A DNA stretch of 64,000 bases from positions 148,229 to 212,228 of the forward strand of contig NIVC01002018.1 in assembly GCA_002269645.1 (NCBI GenBank), read 5' to 3'. Below, in pieces: positions 59,313 through 64,000 of this stretch (positions are counted from its first letter, which is position 1; each line of letters opens with the position of its first letter). The stretch is from Macrostomum lignano. Taxonomy: Eukaryota. Below the pieces are notes generated by a model. That model did no database searches. It worked only from the letters and a program-made list of their open reading frames with translations, and had not been told where the DNA came from. A program made the position numbers and the translations under genes.

Positions 59313-60605
59313 TCAAACTTTACTAGACGAGTTATTGATCATATTGACCTTGATCTTCCTCTCAAATGCATAGATAATAAACAGATCAACAGCCGTTGCG
59401 GCACCAAATTCTTTCCGCTCGATATTAGTCACAATGTTAACAGGGCTATTGTCTGTAGGCATTTGTCTAGCAGTCACATCAACACCAAATATTGGATATA
59501 GTTTTTTTATACTGCAAGGTTGTCAAAACAATACCGTTATTCTCTTTGACAGCCAGGTCCGACAGTTCATTGTAAAACTTACTAATCTTGTTCTCCGAGA
59601 AATTCCCATTTTGTGGCAATGCAGGGTATAAATTGTCACTGATCTCATGTTGAATCGATCGAATGTTTCCATGTAGATATCTACCTACATTAGTTGTATT
59701 CCTCATAGTGACAATAATGTACCTTGGATTGCTACAGGAGCCTTCTTTAATGCAAATATTGTGTCTTGCGTCATTCCGCTCATCTCTGCACATATAAGCT
59801 GTATAAGCAACATCAATGTCTTTCTCAATCGCCTTCAAGTATTCAGCTTTGAGTGCAGTCTTGGGCTCAATAATTTCTAAGTACAGCTCCACGCTAGTTA
59901 GCTTAATCTCCATCGATGTATGATTGGCCCCCGACCAAATTCCTCTGTTCCGATCATCTCTAGTCTAAATGTGTAGCTAAAGTTGCTTGTCAACCGATTG
60001 AAACTATTACAGAAACCACTCATAAACCTCAAAGGTACAAAAATATCTACAGACCTAAACAGCGGATTCTTAGCAGCATCGTTCTCACCAACAAGAGCAT
60101 AGTTGTATCTCTCCTTTCTCTTTTTGTAACCAGGGTCATTCTCATCTCCTGTCTGTTCATTGGGGATGAATCCAGCACCGCTCCCCATCTGAATAAAATC
60201 CGGGTTCTCAATCAAGCACTGGGTATCATAGACCACACCAAAGTTTGCTATTCTTTCCAATTCTGTACTTCCATTGGACACATTAAACTCTTTGAACATA
60301 TAAGCCCAGAAATTACTGGTTAGTGCGACATCCGCATTGTGTAGATCATCATTAGCATGAGCGGCGTCTGCGCCTCCTTTAGTTTTGAATTGATACGTCA
60401 TATAGAAGCCGCTCCTTAGACTGTGCACACTAACCAAATACGAACATCCATTGTATGTAAATGTCAGTGTTTGACCAGGACCAAGATTAGTTTCATTCTG
60501 ATTTTCCTGACTGGGAACTCTTACCTGAGTCGCTTTGATTGTGCTATCATCACTCAAAATAGGCTTGTTAATTTTGTAGAAAACTGGTGTCAGTGGGTCG
60601 TTCAT
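59313..60605 (-). CDS. Major capsid protein (double jelly-roll), ~430 aa after correcting two homopolymer frameshifts
   Basis: ORF 59898..60605, ORF 59479..59913 and a tail YKKLYPIFGVDVTARQ...NSSSKV* join by +1 G (G-run ~59927) and -1 A (run ~59505). Beta-rich; VPLRFMSGFC, PRYIIV, YP...GNF. Confidence 0.75.
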
Positions 60606-60635
60606 TTTTTAACTAAAAATAAAATAAAATAAGAA

Positions 60636-61562
60636 ATGAAGCGAAAAAGTACACAGCAGATATCTGAATTGGAGAAGCTAGCACAAGCAGAGAAACGAGT
60701 TACCGGGCTAATAAATAAGGAGCAACAATCCTACAATGAATTCGTCCAAGCAGCCACCGAATTTCACAAACCCGGATACACAGAAGCGAAGAAAAACCTC
60801 GACACTGTGAAGGAAGCAGTTGATGATATTCAAGAGAGCCACTTGCAAAACACATTGGGTAAAATCCCATCTTCACCGGGACAACCACAGGCTCAGCAAC
60901 CAGGACAACCAGTGCAGATGAATGTGAAGGATAACTTTTTTGGCCCCGTATTGGATGATGGAAAATATATTTTTGGAATTAGCGACTGGCGAAAAAATAT
61001 TACCGGGGAACCGGCGGATTACAACATTGAAGTGACGAAGGAAACTATTTCAATCAATAAAGGCGCAGAAACTAAACGAATCCCCTTCACTCAAACTTTA
61101 CTTGATTACATGACTAAAAATCAGAAAAAAAGATCCGAGAAGCAGCTAAAAAATTACAAAGATCTTGTTACCTTTGCTCTCGATAGGGACATAGACATTC
61201 TCAAGAACAACGGTGTTTTGAAAATTTTACATGAAAACGGGATTGTCTTGAACAATTGTAAAAAATACAAATACTTTAAACAATGGTTTGGTTTGCCGGA
61301 TCAAGAAGAGGTCATAAGACAACAAACACAACAACCACAACCGCCACAACAACCACAACAGCAGCAACCACAACCACAACCACAACAACAACTACAACAA
61401 CCACAACAGCAGCAACCACAAACACAACCACAACCACAACAACCTCCACCGCCACAGCAACAAAAAACCCAGGTTGAACAAGTACTTGATCAACTTGACA
61501 CTGTAGACCGATTCTTGTTTCGCAGTACAAAGATAGAAACCCTGATACTTGGCGACAATTAG
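60636..61562 (+). CDS. Polinton accessory protein with Gln/Pro-rich C-terminal tract, 308 aa
   Basis: N-terminal coiled coil; FFGPVLDDGKYIFG...FTQTLLDYMTK...LKNYKDLV block; CAACCA-type repeat tract; divergent from the MCP gene across a 30-bp spacer. Confidence 0.7.
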   Translation: MKRKSTQQISELEKLAQAEKRVTGLINKEQQSYNEFVQAATEFHKPGYTEAKKNLDTVKEAVDDIQESHLQNTLGKIPSSPGQPQAQQPGQPVQMNVKDNFFGPVLDDGKYIFGISDWRKNITGEPADYNIEVTKETISINKGAETKRIPFTQTLLDYMTKNQKKRSEKQLKNYKDLVTFALDRDIDILKNNGVLKILHENGIVLNNCKKYKYFKQWFGLPDQEEVIRQQTQQPQPPQQPQQQQPQPQPQQQLQQPQQQQPQTQPQPQQPPPPQQQKTQVEQVLDQLDTVDRFLFRSTKIETLILGDN

Positions 61563-61581
61563 AACAGTTCTCCCAGAACGA

Positions 61582-61860
61582 ATGAAGCGAATCAATGACA
61601 GAGTATTCACACCTAGGCTACAGCAACCCTCACCAGGAACATCCTTCTCTGACCAATCATTCGAATCACCACCAAGCTCTTCCGGAAAAGGCATGCCTGA
61701 ATTCTACAAGCGAGTAGCGGTTCTTCTAGGTGCAGCAAAGACCGGAATGAAAGATGAGAATAGAAAAGTGTTCGTTCACATCCTCAATAAAATTCTTGAG
61801 AGAAAATACATCGATAAGAGGGCGAGAGAGCTTCTGCTTTCGCGGTTCAACAAAAAATAA
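61582..61860 (+). CDS. Small Polinton accessory ORF (possibly the frameshifted C-terminus of 60636..61562)
   Basis: GKGMPEFYKRVAVLLGAAKTG...ILNKILERKYI resembles the 'RL.LL.AS..AGN' type domain I associate with Polinton group 2 elements. Confidence 0.5.
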   Translation: MKRINDRVFTPRLQQPSPGTSFSDQSFESPPSSSGKGMPEFYKRVAVLLGAAKTGMKDENRKVFVHILNKILERKYIDKRARELLLSRFNKK

Positions 61861-61876
61861 TTTATTTCAAGTAAAA

Positions 61877-62296
61877 ATGCCACTTATTTTCGAAAAAGAC
61901 ATTGACAAATACTATGACAAAGAGGAACTTAATCTCATTAAACGCGAATCTGGACTTTTCCCTGCCGGCCACTATCCAAGAAAAGAACGCTCTGGGAATG
62001 GCCTTGCCGATTTGATCGCTCAGGGGGCCAAGATTTTTAAGGTCATTGGAGAGAACAAAGAGAACATCAAGAACGTTGCCGAAGCGGCTGGCAGTGTAGC
62101 CACAGCAGCCAAAAAGATTAAAGATACGGTTCATAAAACCCGGAAATCAATACCAGATATTCAACCCCTTGCACCGAGTGCAGATAGTGTCGATCCAGCC
62201 ATCTACGCAAAGATGAGAGCTGAATATAAGAAAGGAGGCGTTTTAAATTTGACTAATTTGGTGCACCCTGACGGTAAAAGAGGTGTGAGGGTGTAG
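61877..62296 (+). CDS. Putative virion core / membrane-active protein, 139 aa
   Basis: SGNGLADLIAQGAKIFKVIG...VAEAAGSVATAAKKIK is an amphipathic helix after a Gly-x-Gly site; TAAAAATG start. Confidence 0.55.
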   Translation: MPLIFEKDIDKYYDKEELNLIKRESGLFPAGHYPRKERSGNGLADLIAQGAKIFKVIGENKENIKNVAEAAGSVATAAKKIKDTVHKTRKSIPDIQPLAPSADSVDPAIYAKMRAEYKKGGVLNLTNLVHPDGKRGVRV

Positions 62297-62452
62297 GACT
62301 AGTCGGATGTAGGACTAGTCGAAAAAAGACACACACATCCCGAAAAAAGACACACACTTCCCGCAAAGAGACACACACATACACATCCCGAAAAAAGACA
62401 CACGCGTCTTAAATACACAAGTTTAAAAAGAAAAAGTTTTTTTACATAAAAA

Positions 62453-63251
62453 ATGGACTTCACAAACGACTTTCATCCCCACTGGACACGCAATCAGATA
62501 AAATTTGCTCACAACGAGATAATTCCAGGGCACTTCCGATGCATTGTTGTTGGCTCATCTGGGTCAGGGAAAACCTTCAGAGTTTTTAACATGCTCCTCA
62601 GACCTGGATTCCTCGATTATGACACACTACATATCTATTCACCCACTCTGTATCAAGATGAGTATAAAATGCTAGTAGCGGGCCTACAGAACAAACTCAA
62701 CAAGGAAGATATTATTCAATGTTTTAGACATCAAAAAGACCTCAACAGCAACCCGGAAGTTGTAGCCACCGAATACGCAAAGCACATCCCAGACAATGAA
62801 AAATGGCAAAACATTAAAGTTTTCACTTATGGAGATCCACAGATAGATCCTAAAACTAAACTCTTACCTCAACCTGATGAACTAGAAAAGGGGAGAAAGC
62901 ACCTGATTGTCTTCAATGACTGCATGACCGGTCCCCAGAAACAGATAGAAAATTATTTCACCCGGGTAGACATAATAATTGCAATGTTATTTACATTGCC
63001 CAAAACTGGTTTGAACTGCCAAATAAACAATTAGAGGTAACTGTAATTTGATTCTCCTTTTCCCAACCATACCACAGGATCGACTGAAACGATTTTATAA
63101 TGAGGTCATTGCCCCAGCTCACATTACATATCCAGCTAAGAACTCTAACAGAACAATATCACAGGAGGAATTTGTTAACATATGCTATGAAAAGTGGAAC
63201 CAACCCTATCAGTTTGTCATGATTAATAAGGAGAAAAGAATTTTACTTTAA
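62453..63251 (+). CDS. A32/FtsK-like DNA-packaging ATPase, ~266 aa after two single-base corrections
   Basis: Walker A VVGSSGSGKT, Walker B LIVFNDC; +1 at ~62965 gives FTRGRHNNCNVIYIAQNWFELP and +1 at ~63025 gives TIRGNCNLILLF. Confidence 0.88.
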
Positions 63252-63267
63252 TTTTTCATTTAAAAAA

Positions 63268-64000
63268 ATGTCTATTAATTTTGCTGGTGAGTCAACTACA
63301 GGCAACAGCACTCTCACAACTTCCTTCCTTGACAAGCGCTACATTAACACTGATGAAGAGATCCCAGAGATCAAACTGAATAAAAACAGACTGAAAGCCC
63401 TAGAGCGCTCCATGCACCAGTTGCAAATAAACATGGAAGATCTCAGGCTTAAAGTAGCTAGGCAGAAGTTTGAAAGTGATAAGCTTTATGTGCCGTTGTT
63501 AAACGCAACTAATGAACTTAGGTCAGAAATAACTTCGGCAGTCTCGCAAATCAACGGTTTGAGATCGACAGTTAATCTTCTGGAAATTCCACTGATAGAC
63601 GGATGCGTATTCTTGAAGGAGGAGTTTTCACAAACACAGCTAAAGTAAATAATTTAGAAGAGTTCATGAACCAGTCAACAGCATTGCATGATAGAATTAA
63701 AGAAAACGTCGCAACCAACACAGGTAAAGTAAATAATTTAGAAGAGTTCATGAACCAGTCAACAGCGATGCATGATCGAATCAAAGAAAGACTTGAAGCA
63801 TTAAAGAGAAACGATGTATCACACAGTAGCTATCTAAACGAATGTATAGCTCTTGGGGTAAAAAATAATAAGGAGCTTAATCGTCTGGAGAGAACACTCA
63901 ATCTTCGTGACATTGCTATTGATGAAGCAGAATCTACTGCTCGTCCGGTCATTTCTACAGATGAAATTACAAAAGAAAACAGATCTTTCAAACCGGTAGT
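63268..64000 (+). CDS. Long coiled-coil viral protein (fibre/spike-like?), frameshift near 63585, open to window end
   Basis: Heptad-rich; +1 A restores LLENSTDRRMRILEGG...; contains two 84-bp (28-aa) repeats starting at 63642 and 63726. Confidence 0.6.

Larger units (their letters stand above)
57666..64000. mobile_element. Polinton/Maverick (adintovirus-like) endogenous viral element, left portion; continues beyond window
   Basis: Compact, intronless, A-rich gene block with penton, major capsid and A32-like ATPase; AGTAG terminus-like start; subterminal ~80-bp repeats. Confidence 0.85.

Overview
Eukaryotic (animal) genomic DNA: GC-rich exons with GT-AG introns, AT-rich spacers and many minisatellites. 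The style suggests a macrostomid flatworm, but that is inference only. Host genes reconstructed by hand: one exon of a coiled-coil protein; a 4-exon death-domain + IRAK/Pelle-type pseudokinase; a 9-exon CLCA-like metalloprotease/vWA membrane protein; an intronless GT-A glycosyltransferase-like gene; a 5-exon CTD small phosphatase; a coiled-coil + BEN-domain ORF; and three intronless EcKL/choline-kinase-like paralogues. The paralogues share a near-identical central block, and one is split by a full-length APE-RT-RNaseH LINE with a 15-bp TSD. Other mobile DNA: a hAT-like foldback element with a nested MITE, a decayed mariner carrying a P-like MITE, a Crypton-like remnant, an internally deleted LINE, a GG-ended MITE and a solo LTR. 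The last ~6.3 kb is the left end of a Polinton/Maverick (adintovirus-like) endogenous virus with penton, major capsid, packaging ATPase and accessory ORFs, running off the window. All family assignments come from motif recognition by eye; no database searches were run.
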